The notes under the pieces: model-generated | Database searches by the model: none | Told to the model about the DNA's origin: nothing | Seen by the model: only the letters and a program-made list of their open reading frames with translations | Shown here: in pieces, positions 28,757 to 38,480 of the stretch | How positions within the stretch are numbered: the stretch's first letter is position 1 | Layout: every line of letters begins with the position of its first letter | NCBI GenBank assembly: GCA_965248445.1 | Contig: CBDFJG010000004.1 | Coordinates: 288,001-352,000, forward strand | DNA: 64,000 nucleotides | Reading direction: 5' to 3' | Source of the DNA: Planctomycetota bacterium | Lineage (GTDB): Bacteria; Planctomycetota; JAJSAM01; JAJVHW01 | Position numbers and translations under genes: made by a program

Positions 28757-29655
28757 GGACGCTCCTCCGCTCCGGCGGGGCGCAGGACGCGCAGCGCTCG
28801 GGGCCGCACGAGCATAGCGACCGGCGTGCAGGCTCCCACGTCTCCGTCGAGTTGGTAGGCGACCGGCGACTCCGACGCGATCTCGACCCGGTTCGTGCGA
28901 AGGAGCCTCGCGTTCCGGTCCCCGATGAGAGTCCCGCGGAGCCCTCGCAGCATCCAACGTGCGATGTCTCCCGGCGAGCCACGGGTCAGGACGACGACGT
29001 CGAGCAGCCCGTCGTCCGCCGACGCGCCGGGACTCGGCCGGAAGTACGACGCGTATGGGCGCATGTTGAGGATCAGCGCCATCGTTCCCGTGATCTCGGT
29101 GCCGTCCGCGGCACGCACGTGGATCTCGACGCGCTTCCAGTTGCGCGTGGCGCCGACGATCGGCCCCAGGTACCCGAGCAGCCCGCGATTGCCGGTGCGT
29201 CGGGCGGAGTACCTCGCGACGACCTCCGCGTCCCACCCGATGCCGGCGCACGCCAGGAAGGGGCGCCCGTTCGCTTCGCCGACGTCGAGCAACACGGGCT
29301 CGCCGGAGAGAACGACCTCCGCTGCGCCGATCGGTTCCCGGGGGATCGCGAGGTGCCGCGCGACCAGATTGCTGGTGCCGCTTGGGAGGAGCGCGAGCGC
29401 AGTCTCGGTAGCGGGCACCGCGAGCAGGCCGCACGCAACCTCGTTCGCGGTGCCGTCTCCGCCCGCAGCGACGACGACGTCGGCCCCCGCTTCGGAGGCC
29501 TCCCGCGCGAGTTCGGTGGCGTGTCCCGGACGCTCTGTCTCGCGGACCTCGACCTGACATCCACGATCCGTCACCCGGGCGACGAAGCGCGCAACGCCGC
29601 GCTCGCTCCCGCGGCGTCCGGAGATCGGGTTGCGGATCAGCGTGATCGTACGCAC
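28753..29655 (-). CDS. Diacylglycerol kinase family (YegS-like) lipid kinase
   Basis: NPISG, AAGGDGT, LPSGTSN, AGIGWDA, QLDGD. Confidence 0.9.
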   Translation of the reverse strand: MRTITLIRNPISGRRGSERGVARFVARVTDRGCQVEVRETERPGHATELAREASEAGADVVVAAGGDGTANEVACGLLAVPATETALALLPSGTSNLVARHLAIPREPIGAAEVVLSGEPVLLDVGEANGRPFLACAGIGWDAEVVARYSARRTGNRGLLGYLGPIVGATRNWKRVEIHVRAADGTEITGTMALILNMRPYASYFRPSPGASADDGLLDVVVLTRGSPGDIARWMLRGLRGTLIGDRNARLLRTNRVEIASESPVAYQLDGDVGACTPVAMLVRPRALRVLRPAGAEERP

Positions 29656-29731
29656 CGGGGGAGGTTACGGAGGTCGTCCGTCGTGGCTGCTACCTTCCGC
29701 GTCGCTGCGTCCCGCCGGACCCGGCCCCGCG

Positions 29732-30868
29732 ATGTCCGACGCCCACACCGATCGAAGGCTCGTCTTCCTCGTCCTGGCGGCAGGTGCGGACCCGGTCGCG
29801 GCGCGCACTCCGCTGTCCGACGCCGCCACGCCCACGCTCGACCGAATCGCGCGGGATGGGCACGTTGGCCGGGTGGATCTCGGTGCGTGTTCGGTGTACG
29901 AGGGCTTCCTGGGCCTGCTCGGCCAGCCGCCGGGTACCTGCTCGGCGGCGACGTGCTGCGCGCGCACGGCTGCGATCGACGTGCCCACGGCGGCGTGGGT
30001 CGCACGGGCCGATCTGGTCACGGTGGACCGGACGCACCTCCTGGACTCGACGGGCGGTGGGACGACCGACGCCGAGACCGACGCGCTGCTCGCCGGCGTG
30101 GCCGCCGCGGACCCCTCGGTCACGTTCCACAGGATCGGAGGCGGGCGCACTCTGGTCGTCACATCGGAGGATCCGTGCGCTCTGCCGGCGCCTGCGGGCG
30201 TCACGGGCCGTCGGCTCGATTCGGTGTTACCGGTAGGCGGACCCGCTCGCGCGTTGTTCGACCGTTCGGTCTCGCTGTTCCAAGCCCACGACGTGAACGC
30301 GGTGCGGCTCGATCTCGGGGAAAACCCCGCCAATGCACTGTGGGTGCACGCGGCCGGACCCGGCCGGACGTCGCTCGACTCCCCGCCGTGGGCACGCGGT
30401 CGCACCGTGCTCATCGGCGCGGGTCCGGCAGCCGCCGGTGCCGCCGCTCTGCTCGGATGGCAGCATCGCGACAGCGACGGTACCGCGGAGGACCTGTGCG
30501 CGTCTGCGTTCGACGCGCTGGGCGATCACGAGGTCATCGTGGTGCGCGCCACCGAGGCGCAAACGGCCGGGCTGATGGGGGACACCACGCGGCGCATCGC
30601 GGCGATCGCGCATCTCGACGCACGTCTCGCGGCGCCGCTGCTCGGCGCGCTCGAGGAACGGGGCGAGTTCGTGCTGGCCGTCGCCGCGGACAGCGTGTTC
30701 GACACGGTCGACCGCGTCTTCACCGCCGAGCCGGCGCCGTTCGGCGTTCTCCGCTCGGGGCCGACGGGGCACGGCCAGGCGCCGGTGTTCAGCGAGCAGA
30801 CGTGTCTGAGCGGTGGGCACCGGGTGAACGGAACGGTTGCCTTTGCCGCGATGCTGGCGAAGGCGTGA
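29732..30868 (+). CDS. ApgM-like cofactor-independent phosphoglycerate mutase homologue (degenerate active site)
   Basis: TPLSDAATPTLDRIARDG, RADLVTV, HDVNAVR..LGENPANALW; metal-ligand motifs altered. Confidence 0.7.
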   Translation: MSDAHTDRRLVFLVLAAGADPVAARTPLSDAATPTLDRIARDGHVGRVDLGACSVYEGFLGLLGQPPGTCSAATCCARTAAIDVPTAAWVARADLVTVDRTHLLDSTGGGTTDAETDALLAGVAAADPSVTFHRIGGGRTLVVTSEDPCALPAPAGVTGRRLDSVLPVGGPARALFDRSVSLFQAHDVNAVRLDLGENPANALWVHAAGPGRTSLDSPPWARGRTVLIGAGPAAAGAAALLGWQHRDSDGTAEDLCASAFDALGDHEVIVVRATEAQTAGLMGDTTRRIAAIAHLDARLAAPLLGALEERGEFVLAVAADSVFDTVDRVFTAEPAPFGVLRSGPTGHGQAPVFSEQTCLSGGHRVNGTVAFAAMLAKA

Positions 30869-31088
30869 GGTCGTGGCGCCATCCAGGCGTCACCGACCGA
30901 ACGCCCGCGACCCGAGTCGGCTTGTCAGCCGGCTCGGGGGCAAACGACATGAACAATGTCGTTTGCAGCGGGAACACGGCGCGACGTAGGGACTCAGCCG
31001 GTGCGCTGCACGGGCGGGCGCGGCGGCCCGCCCGTGCAACTTGCCGGTTCGCAGCGCCGACGGCGCCCAGAACCCACTATGTCGCTGC

Positions 31089-34000
31089 CTACTTGTCGAT
31101 CGTGATCGCGCGGGTCTGCGCATCCGTGCCGGCCGCGGCTGCGCGGGTGATCACGAACTCGCTGGCGCCGTCGTTGTCCAGGTCGCCGATCAGGAGCGAA
31201 GAACCGTCGAACGCGTCGTTCGCGGGCGCGACGAGCGGATCGTACAGGCCGTCGAAGTCCTCCTGGAACACACCGACGACGTTGCTCACGACGTTGTTGC
31301 GCAGGATGCGGAACGCGGACTCGCCGGGACCCGGCGCTGAGTTCGCCAGCAGGATCAGATCGCGGTCGCCGTCGCCGTCAACGTCCACGACGCCTATGTC
31401 CGATGCCTGGAACTTGTCGTTGATCCCACTGAACGGGAGCACCTGGAAGGTGATTTCCTCGAACTCGGCCGTGTCGTCAGGATCGAGTGGCTGCACGAAC
31501 CGGATGAGCCGCATCGACGGGTTCAGCGAGCCCGAAGACTTGGTGAGCACGATCGTGCCGAACGCGTTCGCGTCCGGATACCCGAAGCGCCCAATCTTCA
31601 CCGTGTCCCAGCGCGTCGTGCCTCCCATGGCGGTGATGAGGTGCGTGACGTCGGTGAGGGCGGACCCCGACGCCGGACTGAACTTGTTGATGGCGACCTG
31701 CGTGGACGAGATGGCAACGCCGTCCTTTGTCACGACGTCCTTATTGATCACCACGACGTCCGGCTTGCCGTCCGCGTTCATATCCGCGACCTCCAGCTTC
31801 TGGCCGGAGAACGGAGTGAACGTGCCGCGGCAGGGGGTGCCGCCGTTGCACGAGGGGATCGTCACGCCGGGCGGGGGGTTCCCGATGGGAACCAGAACGC
31901 CCGACTTTCGGGGGAAGAAGTTCGGATCGAACTTGAACTGACCCTGGCCGGAGCGCTTGGTCTGGTCCCAGATGAACTGCCGCGACGCGCTCCAGTAGAA
32001 GCGGTACAGCGCTCCGCCGACGTTCGAAGAGCAGTAGTTGCCGCACGTGATGTCGATCTCCTCGAACACCGTGGTGCCGGTGATCACGATCTCCGGCGGA
32101 CCCGTCGGACCGAGGTCGATGTCGCCGACCCACATGTCGAGGGCGCGCCAGTTGTCGCCGGAGCCCGAGCCGGGTCGCGGCGGCGCCATGAGCGATGAGG
32201 TCTTGTCGCGGAAGACGCGGTCGCTGACGTCGGCCGTCGAATTGCGCCGCTCACTGACCAGGATGCGAACGTGGCTGGCGCTACTTCCGGGCACCGATGT
32301 GCTCGCGGTCGCCACCGTGATGTCCGCCCAGCCGTCCTGGTTCATGTCGGCGACGGCGATGCTGTCGCCGCGCCAGTCATCCGTTGCGGAGACCTGCGAG
32401 ACCCGCAGACTCGTGACGTCGGTGAAACCGCCGGAGCCGTCGTTCTCGAGCAGCGTCACCTGCGAATCGGTCTCGCGGGAGGCGCCGCCCTTCTTGGCGA
32501 TGAACAGGTCCAGGTCGTCGTCGTTGTCGAAGTCGGCGAGCGCTGTCGACCAACCGTCGTACAGTTCTCCGCTGGCCACCGACAGGCCCAGATCCGACGA
32601 GAAGTCCGCGAACGTGAAGTAGTCGATCGTGTGCGTGCCGCTGGTGCGGACGAGCGTGTCGTCGACGAGGTAGATCTCGTACGTGCCCTTCGGGCGCACC
32701 GGCGCTGTGATCGAGTGCAGCGTCGAGTTCTTGAACGTGGCCTGCGTGAGGGTGATCTCCTCGAACACGCCGGGCGTCGCGGTCTCCATGAAGACCTGGT
32801 CCGTTGCCTCGAAGTTGGTCCCCTTGACGAAGATGTCATCGCCGCCGAGGACCGACATCAGCTTCGGTGTGATGCGGCCGACGCCGGGCGCCGAGAGGTA
32901 CTCGAACGAGTTCAGCGGCAGGTTGTCCCGCAACTGCGTGAGCGTGTCGCGGACTCCGAACTGGACCAAGCCGGCGGGGCGCGCCTGCGCGATGAACACG
33001 ACTTCCGTCTCGGTCTGGCTGATGAAGTTCACGGGCACCGGTGCGCCGTCGATCAGGAGGCCCATCTGATTGGCGCCGTCGACCGGCGCGCGGAAGTTCT
33101 CGCCCGTGATGGTCATCTGATATCCGCCGGACTCGGAGCCGACGCGCGGATCGATGTCGAACACCACCGGCGGCGGCACGCGCTCGAACGCGTTCTGGAG
33201 CACATCCACCTGGCCGGTGCTCGTCTCCGCCGTGACCGCGAACGCGCCCTCGGGGAGCGCCGCGGAGACCGTTCCGCTGATCAGCGTGGTGGCACCCTGA
33301 TCGGTGATGTTGATGTCGTCCAGCGGCAGGCCACCGAGGAAGACGACCGGGACGCCGTTCGAGTCGAACTCATCGAACGCGTTGACGACGGTCAGCGTCA
33401 CGAGCGTTCCGGGTCCGCCCTGCGTTGGGTTGATCCCCCTGTCTTTCTCGTCTTTGCCGATGATCGGCTCGTCCTTGTCGAGCCGGCCCGTCCGCTTGGC
33501 GCTGCTCTTGGCCAGCTTCGCGCTGGCGGTGAACTTGCTCTTCTGGAGCGCGATGCCGCCGGGGACGTCGAAGACGAACTCGTAGTTGCCCTGGGATCCG
33601 GTGACGGGCAGGACGATGTTCTTCCCGGTGATCTTCTTCCCCGGCTTGGTGTTGACGTTCTCGACAACGCCGTCGATCAACACGCCCGAGGGATCGAACA
33701 AGCCGTTGAACGTGATGTTCGCGCCCTTACTGGCAAGCTTGAACTTCAGTGTGGCGCCGCCGGATGCAGGCACCGTGTAGCGCAACTGGTCGTTCGCGTC
33801 GGCCTGGGCGCCGCTGTCCTTGACCTTGCCCAGCTTCGAGTACTTCGTGGAGACCGTGTACTCACCGCTGTCCTGGTCGGGGACGAAGTCGTTCAGGATG
33901 TCGCAGCGGAGCTTCCAGGTGCCCGTCTGGTCGAGCGTGAACTGGACTTTGGTGACCGGACTCACCTGCACGTTGACGTCGATGATGTCGCCGGTCAAGG

Positions 34001-34346
34001 GGTCCTGCTGCTGCTCGACGACCGTCACCGGATTGGCAGTCTTCACCTTTGCGCCGTCGGCGATGGTGACCTCGGTGCCGTCCGGACGCAGCAGGATCAG
34101 GCCCGCGGCCACTGCCGACTGCTTCGAGACCTTCAGGGTGCCGGTGAACTTCTGTCCCGGGTAGCCCTCGAAGACGTAGTCGTCCACGTCCGCGGCGAAC
34201 GACAGGTTCGTCGTGACCTTGGAACGGGTCGGCATGTTGACGCCGAAGCCGTCAGGCAAGCCCTCGGCCCAGGCGGGTCCGTCGGACGACAAGCCGGCGG
34301 CCAGGGCCGCGACGGCGATCAGGGAAACGATGCGGCGGAGCTTCAT
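31089..34346 (-). CDS. Large secreted protein with IPT/TIG domains and FG-GAP/VCBS repeats (adhesin-like)
   Basis: Signal peptide; INPTQG..GT.VT, IDPRVGS..GG..MTITGENF, ITP...GG...GTNF; about six DxD/NxDG repeats. Confidence 0.85.
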   Translation of the reverse strand: MKLRRIVSLIAVAALAAGLSSDGPAWAEGLPDGFGVNMPTRSKVTTNLSFAADVDDYVFEGYPGQKFTGTLKVSKQSAVAAGLILLRPDGTEVTIADGAKVKTANPVTVVEQQQDPLTGDIIDVNVQVSPVTKVQFTLDQTGTWKLRCDILNDFVPDQDSGEYTVSTKYSKLGKVKDSGAQADANDQLRYTVPASGGATLKFKLASKGANITFNGLFDPSGVLIDGVVENVNTKPGKKITGKNIVLPVTGSQGNYEFVFDVPGGIALQKSKFTASAKLAKSSAKRTGRLDKDEPIIGKDEKDRGINPTQGGPGTLVTLTVVNAFDEFDSNGVPVVFLGGLPLDDINITDQGATTLISGTVSAALPEGAFAVTAETSTGQVDVLQNAFERVPPPVVFDIDPRVGSESGGYQMTITGENFRAPVDGANQMGLLIDGAPVPVNFISQTETEVVFIAQARPAGLVQFGVRDTLTQLRDNLPLNSFEYLSAPGVGRITPKLMSVLGGDDIFVKGTNFEATDQVFMETATPGVFEEITLTQATFKNSTLHSITAPVRPKGTYEIYLVDDTLVRTSGTHTIDYFTFADFSSDLGLSVASGELYDGWSTALADFDNDDDLDLFIAKKGGASRETDSQVTLLENDGSGGFTDVTSLRVSQVSATDDWRGDSIAVADMNQDGWADITVATASTSVPGSSASHVRILVSERRNSTADVSDRVFRDKTSSLMAPPRPGSGSGDNWRALDMWVGDIDLGPTGPPEIVITGTTVFEEIDITCGNYCSSNVGGALYRFYWSASRQFIWDQTKRSGQGQFKFDPNFFPRKSGVLVPIGNPPPGVTIPSCNGGTPCRGTFTPFSGQKLEVADMNADGKPDVVVINKDVVTKDGVAISSTQVAINKFSPASGSALTDVTHLITAMGGTTRWDTVKIGRFGYPDANAFGTIVLTKSSGSLNPSMRLIRFVQPLDPDDTAEFEEITFQVLPFSGINDKFQASDIGVVDVDGDGDRDLILLANSAPGPGESAFRILRNNVVSNVVGVFQEDFDGLYDPLVAPANDAFDGSSLLIGDLDNDGASEFVITRAAAAGTDAQTRAITIDK

Positions 34347-34924
34347 CGGGGAACCTCACGGGTCGTCACTGCGACGTAACTGTCTGGACGTAACTGCAGA
34401 CGCCGGGTGGGGGAGCCACCACGGCAATCAAGCCAACGGTCACTCATGCCTGCGGGAGTGGTTGAGCCACCGCCCGCGCGAACACACGGCCATTCGGACC
34501 GACGTGCTCCCGCGGGGATCCCGTGCCCTGCATCCTAGCGCGCAGAGCCCGCAAACTCACCAAGGCGGGCGCACCATCCCTGAATCCACGCCCTGATCCT
34601 GGCTGCGCGCTCGAAGACCGAGCCTGCGCGAGCCCGTCGCCCCTGGTCGCCCCGACCGCTGCCGAGTATACACCGCCTCGCCCCGCGGTGGACCGTGACG
34701 GGGAGTCCGAAGTCGAGCGGCTGACCCGACGGAGACGGCCGTCCGAGGGGATTACCGGTCTCGACGCGGAGATCCAGCGCCGTCTCGCGGGCGGCGCGCC
34801 GGTGCCGCGTGCTGTTACTCTCCTGCGACGTGCGCGCCGACGTCACCGAGCCGCTGCCAGGACCGATCGCCGCGGCCACCCGATCGTGCAGCGGGGTTGC
34901 GAGAACCCCAGGGGGACTGCGTCG

Positions 34925-36349
34925 GTGAGCACCGTGAGGCTGGTTCTGCTCCTGCTGAGCGTGCTCGCGGCGGCACTTCTCGCCGCGTGGTTCATCGGTG
35001 GGGATGCGGAGACGCCGCCCGGGGGCGTCACACCGTCCGCTGCGGCGGCACCACCGCCACCCACCGTGCTCGTGGTGTTCCCGTCCACCCACAACCGGTT
35101 CATCCATGCGCCCTGCAACATGATCCCCGGGGACGGGCTCGCTTCGTTCTCGACCGTTCTCAACGTGTCGAAGAGTCAAGACCACGTACTCGGCGTCGCG
35201 ATGGGTGACATCTGTTCGCTCCCCGGGCCGCTCGGAGGCAGCGCCACGCGGTTGCTCGTGACGGAGTTCCTCCCGAGCGTCGGGGTGCGCGTGCTCGCGG
35301 CCGGCCCGGGCGAACTGCAATACGGCGTCGGCTTCGTCCGGCAGCAACTGCGGCGCGCGGCGGGTCTGGACGTGTTGTGCGGGAACGCCACCGACTCCGA
35401 GGGTCAGTCCATCCTGAAGGCGTGGTCCGTTGCGAGCACCACCGATGCGGACGGCCGGCCGGGGCGCACGTTCCTCTTCGTGGGTGTGGCCGGCCTCTCC
35501 ATCCGCGACGAACTCACCGCGGCCGGGTCCGACGTCGAACTTGCGGACCCCATCCCTGTGGTCAAGTCCGCGCTCGCGGACGGCCTGGAGCGCGCCCGCG
35601 AGAGGGAGGTGACACCTCACGTCCACGTGCTGCTCGTGCACGGCACCGCCAACGAGGCCGTTCAGATCCTGCAGGCGGTGCCCGGGTTCGACGTGGCGGC
35701 GGTGGCCGACGGTCCGAAGTTCCCGCCCCTCCGACCGCGCATGGCGGGTTCGGTCCCCGTTCTGTATCCGGGAGCAGAAGGGCGCTTCGTGAACTGGTGT
35801 AACGTCGCCGGGGCCTCGCCGCCGACGCTCACCCCGGGACTGTCTCGTTTGGGTCGCGACATCCTGACGCGCGGCGACCGGAGCCGCGAGCAACTGTTCC
35901 GGGCCATCGCGAGCCTCGCGGCGACGGCGCGCGCGCACACGATCATGGGGGGGGACACTCGTCCGCAGCACGCCGCTGGCGACTACGCGGGCGGAGATGC
36001 GTGCGCGACCTGTCACGCGGAGGTCGAGGCACGCCATGCGAAGTCGCCGCACGCCGCTCCCACCGCGCGCTGGGCAGTGGGCGGCTCCGACGGCAGCCCC
36101 CAGTGCGTAGTCTGTCACACGACTGCGCCCGCCTGGAGCACGGGGTATCGCGGGCCCGGTGATACGTCGAGACTCCGCACGGTCGACTGCGAGGCCTGTC
36201 ACGGTCCCGGGGCGGACCACGTTGCGGAGCCGGGTCCCGGTTACGGCGCCGTCTCGTGGGGGACGTGCACCAAGTGCCACACTCCGGAACGCTCCCCCGG
36301 GTTCAACGCTGCCGCACGGTGGGGCGACGTCCGCCACGGACCGAGGTAG
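34925..36349 (+). CDS. Multiheme (4 x CxxCH) c-type cytochrome with N-terminal metallophosphatase-like domain
   Basis: CATCH, CVVCH, CEACHGPG..H, CTKCH; N-terminal TM/signal. Confidence 0.85.
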   Translation: MSTVRLVLLLLSVLAAALLAAWFIGGDAETPPGGVTPSAAAAPPPPTVLVVFPSTHNRFIHAPCNMIPGDGLASFSTVLNVSKSQDHVLGVAMGDICSLPGPLGGSATRLLVTEFLPSVGVRVLAAGPGELQYGVGFVRQQLRRAAGLDVLCGNATDSEGQSILKAWSVASTTDADGRPGRTFLFVGVAGLSIRDELTAAGSDVELADPIPVVKSALADGLERAREREVTPHVHVLLVHGTANEAVQILQAVPGFDVAAVADGPKFPPLRPRMAGSVPVLYPGAEGRFVNWCNVAGASPPTLTPGLSRLGRDILTRGDRSREQLFRAIASLAATARAHTIMGGDTRPQHAAGDYAGGDACATCHAEVEARHAKSPHAAPTARWAVGGSDGSPQCVVCHTTAPAWSTGYRGPGDTSRLRTVDCEACHGPGADHVAEPGPGYGAVSWGTCTKCHTPERSPGFNAAARWGDVRHGPR

Positions 36350-36363
36350 AGTCGTACCAAGCG

Positions 36364-37569
36364 ATGCGCAGCGCAGCCTCTCTGTTGACACCAGCCCTCC
36401 TCGTTGCCGTGGTTGGGGGCGCCGTGGTTGGGCTGCTCGGCGGGTACGCGCTGTTCTCGGCGCCTGGCGGGCCCGCGGTCGACGACCGGTCCGCCGAAGT
36501 CGCCGAACTGCGCAGTGAAGTGGAGCGGCTCCGCGCCCGCCTCGAAGAAGACCGGCGCCGCGACAACGCGCGGGTCCGCGTCGTGTCGGACAGTTCGCAG
36601 CCTCTCGGCGTCGGTGCCGACGCCGCTCCGGACGCCGCCTCAGGCGATCCGCCAGCGGCGACCGACGGCGTGGAGACCGCGCCGTCGACGCCTGAGGAGC
36701 GGCAGGCGCGTGTGGACGAACTCCGCGCGCAGATGCCGAACTGGTTCGACCGCGGCGACGGCAAATCGGCCCTCGCTGCGCTGCGCGAACTGGCGGCGAT
36801 CGTGCCGGAGGGGCGCGAAGCCGCGATGCAGTTGGCGCTGGACATCAACAATGACGTGAACGGCGACGGCAAGCTCGGGCTGTCCGACGTGGTGTTCTAC
36901 ACCGGACTCGGCCACCCCGCCGTGGTCGGTCTGCTCGACTGGGCCCTCGAACGGGGAGACACACCGAGCGACTTCCGCGTCATGGCGGCGTACGGCCTGC
37001 CGTGGACGCAGTCGCCCGCGGAGACGCTGGAGCAATTTGGCCGGGCGCTGAACGGTGAGCAGAATGTCGACGTCCAGCGCGCGCTCCTCGCCAACCTCGG
37101 CCGGATGAAGAGCCCCGAGTCGCAGCGCATGCTGAGCGACTTCTTCGCCGACGCGAACAAGGACGCGGCAGTGCGCGGGATGATCGCGATGCAACTCGCG
37201 ACGACCGACGACCCCGGCGTGCTGAGGACGATCGAGACGGCGGCCGCGTCCGACGAGGACGCGGGCGTGCGCGCTGCCGCCAAGGCCGCTCTCGTTCTGC
37301 GCGATCCGCCCGCGACGGGCTACCTCGTCACCGGGACTCTCCCGTCGAGCCAGGCGGAGGCAGCCGGACTGCGGGCTGGCGACGTGCTCGTGACGTACGA
37401 CGGTCGGCCTGTACCGGACGGTGACTCGCTCCGTGCCGCGGCATCCGAAGCCGGTGGCGCAGACACTGTGCGCGTCGTCGTGGTGCGAGACGGGCGCGAG
37501 GTCGAGGTCGACTTGCGACCGGGCCGCCTCGGCGTCTTCGGGCGGGGAGTCGAGGCCGCCGAGAAGTGA
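36364..37569 (+). CDS. Membrane-anchored HEAT-repeat + PDZ protein
   Basis: TM, coiled coil, HEAT-like helices, SQAEAAGLRAGDVLVTYDG. Confidence 0.8.
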   Translation: MRSAASLLTPALLVAVVGGAVVGLLGGYALFSAPGGPAVDDRSAEVAELRSEVERLRARLEEDRRRDNARVRVVSDSSQPLGVGADAAPDAASGDPPAATDGVETAPSTPEERQARVDELRAQMPNWFDRGDGKSALAALRELAAIVPEGREAAMQLALDINNDVNGDGKLGLSDVVFYTGLGHPAVVGLLDWALERGDTPSDFRVMAAYGLPWTQSPAETLEQFGRALNGEQNVDVQRALLANLGRMKSPESQRMLSDFFADANKDAAVRGMIAMQLATTDDPGVLRTIETAAASDEDAGVRAAAKAALVLRDPPATGYLVTGTLPSSQAEAAGLRAGDVLVTYDGRPVPDGDSLRAAASEAGGADTVRVVVVRDGREVEVDLRPGRLGVFGRGVEAAEK

Positions 37570-38480
37570 CCGTTCGCGATCCCGGCGGGGAGCCGGGGCC
37601 GGACACCGAACGCGCCAACGAGCGCACCCGGGACCTCGACCGGCTGGAGGCGGCTGACCTCGCCGCCCTCGTGTTCGCCGAGGACGCTGCCGTCGCGGCA
37701 GCGTGCAGCGCGGCGTCCGCCGGAGTGGGGCGACTGATCTCGGCGGGTGCCGACGCCCTGCGCGCCGGCGGCCGCGTGGTCTACGCCGGCGCCGGGACGA
37801 GCGGGCGTCTCGCACTTCTGGACGCGGTCGAACTCGGTCCGACGTTCTCCCTCGAGGAAGGCCGGTTTGTAGTACTGCTGGCCGGCGGAACCGACGCGGT
37901 GTTTCGGGCGCGCGAGGGTGCGGAGGATCGCGAGAACGACGGCGTCCGGGATCTGGCCGAGACCGGTTGCGGCGTCGCCGACTTCGTCGTCGGCGTGAGC
38001 GCGAGCGGCCGAACGCCCTACGTGCTCGGCGTTCTGCGCGCGGCGCGGCACCGGGGCGCGCGCACGGGCGCCGTCGTGTGCTCGCGGGTCAGTGATGCGT
38101 TCCCGGCCGAGATCGTGGTGCATCTCGACACAGGACCCGAGGTGCTGGCGGGCAGCACGCGCATGAAGGCGGGATCCGCGACGAAGATGGCGCTCAACGC
38201 GTTCTCGCTCGGCGTGATGACGCGACTCGGCAAGGTGCACGGGAATCGCATGGTCGACGTGCGGATCGGCTCCGAGAAGCTGGTTCGACGCGCACGCGGG
38301 CTCGTGCGCGAGCTGGGGAACGTGGCGGCGGATCGTGCTGCGGCACTGCTCGACGAGGCTGGCGGCCGCGTGAAGGTGGCCGTCCTGATGGCGCGCACCG
38401 GGTGCGACCCGGAGACCGCGGCGTGGCGCATCGACGCGGCGGACGGAGTCCTACGTGCGGCGCTCGAAGGCGACACGTGA
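37566..38480 (+). CDS. murQ: N-acetylmuramic acid 6-phosphate etherase
   Basis: GAGTSGRL, EGAED, ASGRTPYV, GPEVLAGSTRMKAG. Confidence 0.95.
   Translation: MTVRDPGGEPGPDTERANERTRDLDRLEAADLAALVFAEDAAVAAACSAASAGVGRLISAGADALRAGGRVVYAGAGTSGRLALLDAVELGPTFSLEEGRFVVLLAGGTDAVFRAREGAEDRENDGVRDLAETGCGVADFVVGVSASGRTPYVLGVLRAARHRGARTGAVVCSRVSDAFPAEIVVHLDTGPEVLAGSTRMKAGSATKMALNAFSLGVMTRLGKVHGNRMVDVRIGSEKLVRRARGLVRELGNVAADRAAALLDEAGGRVKVAVLMARTGCDPETAAWRIDAADGVLRAALEGDT

Noticed and set aside
34925..35220. Selenocysteine recoding in the multiheme cytochrome
   Set aside because: No in-frame TGA; the ORF is continuous
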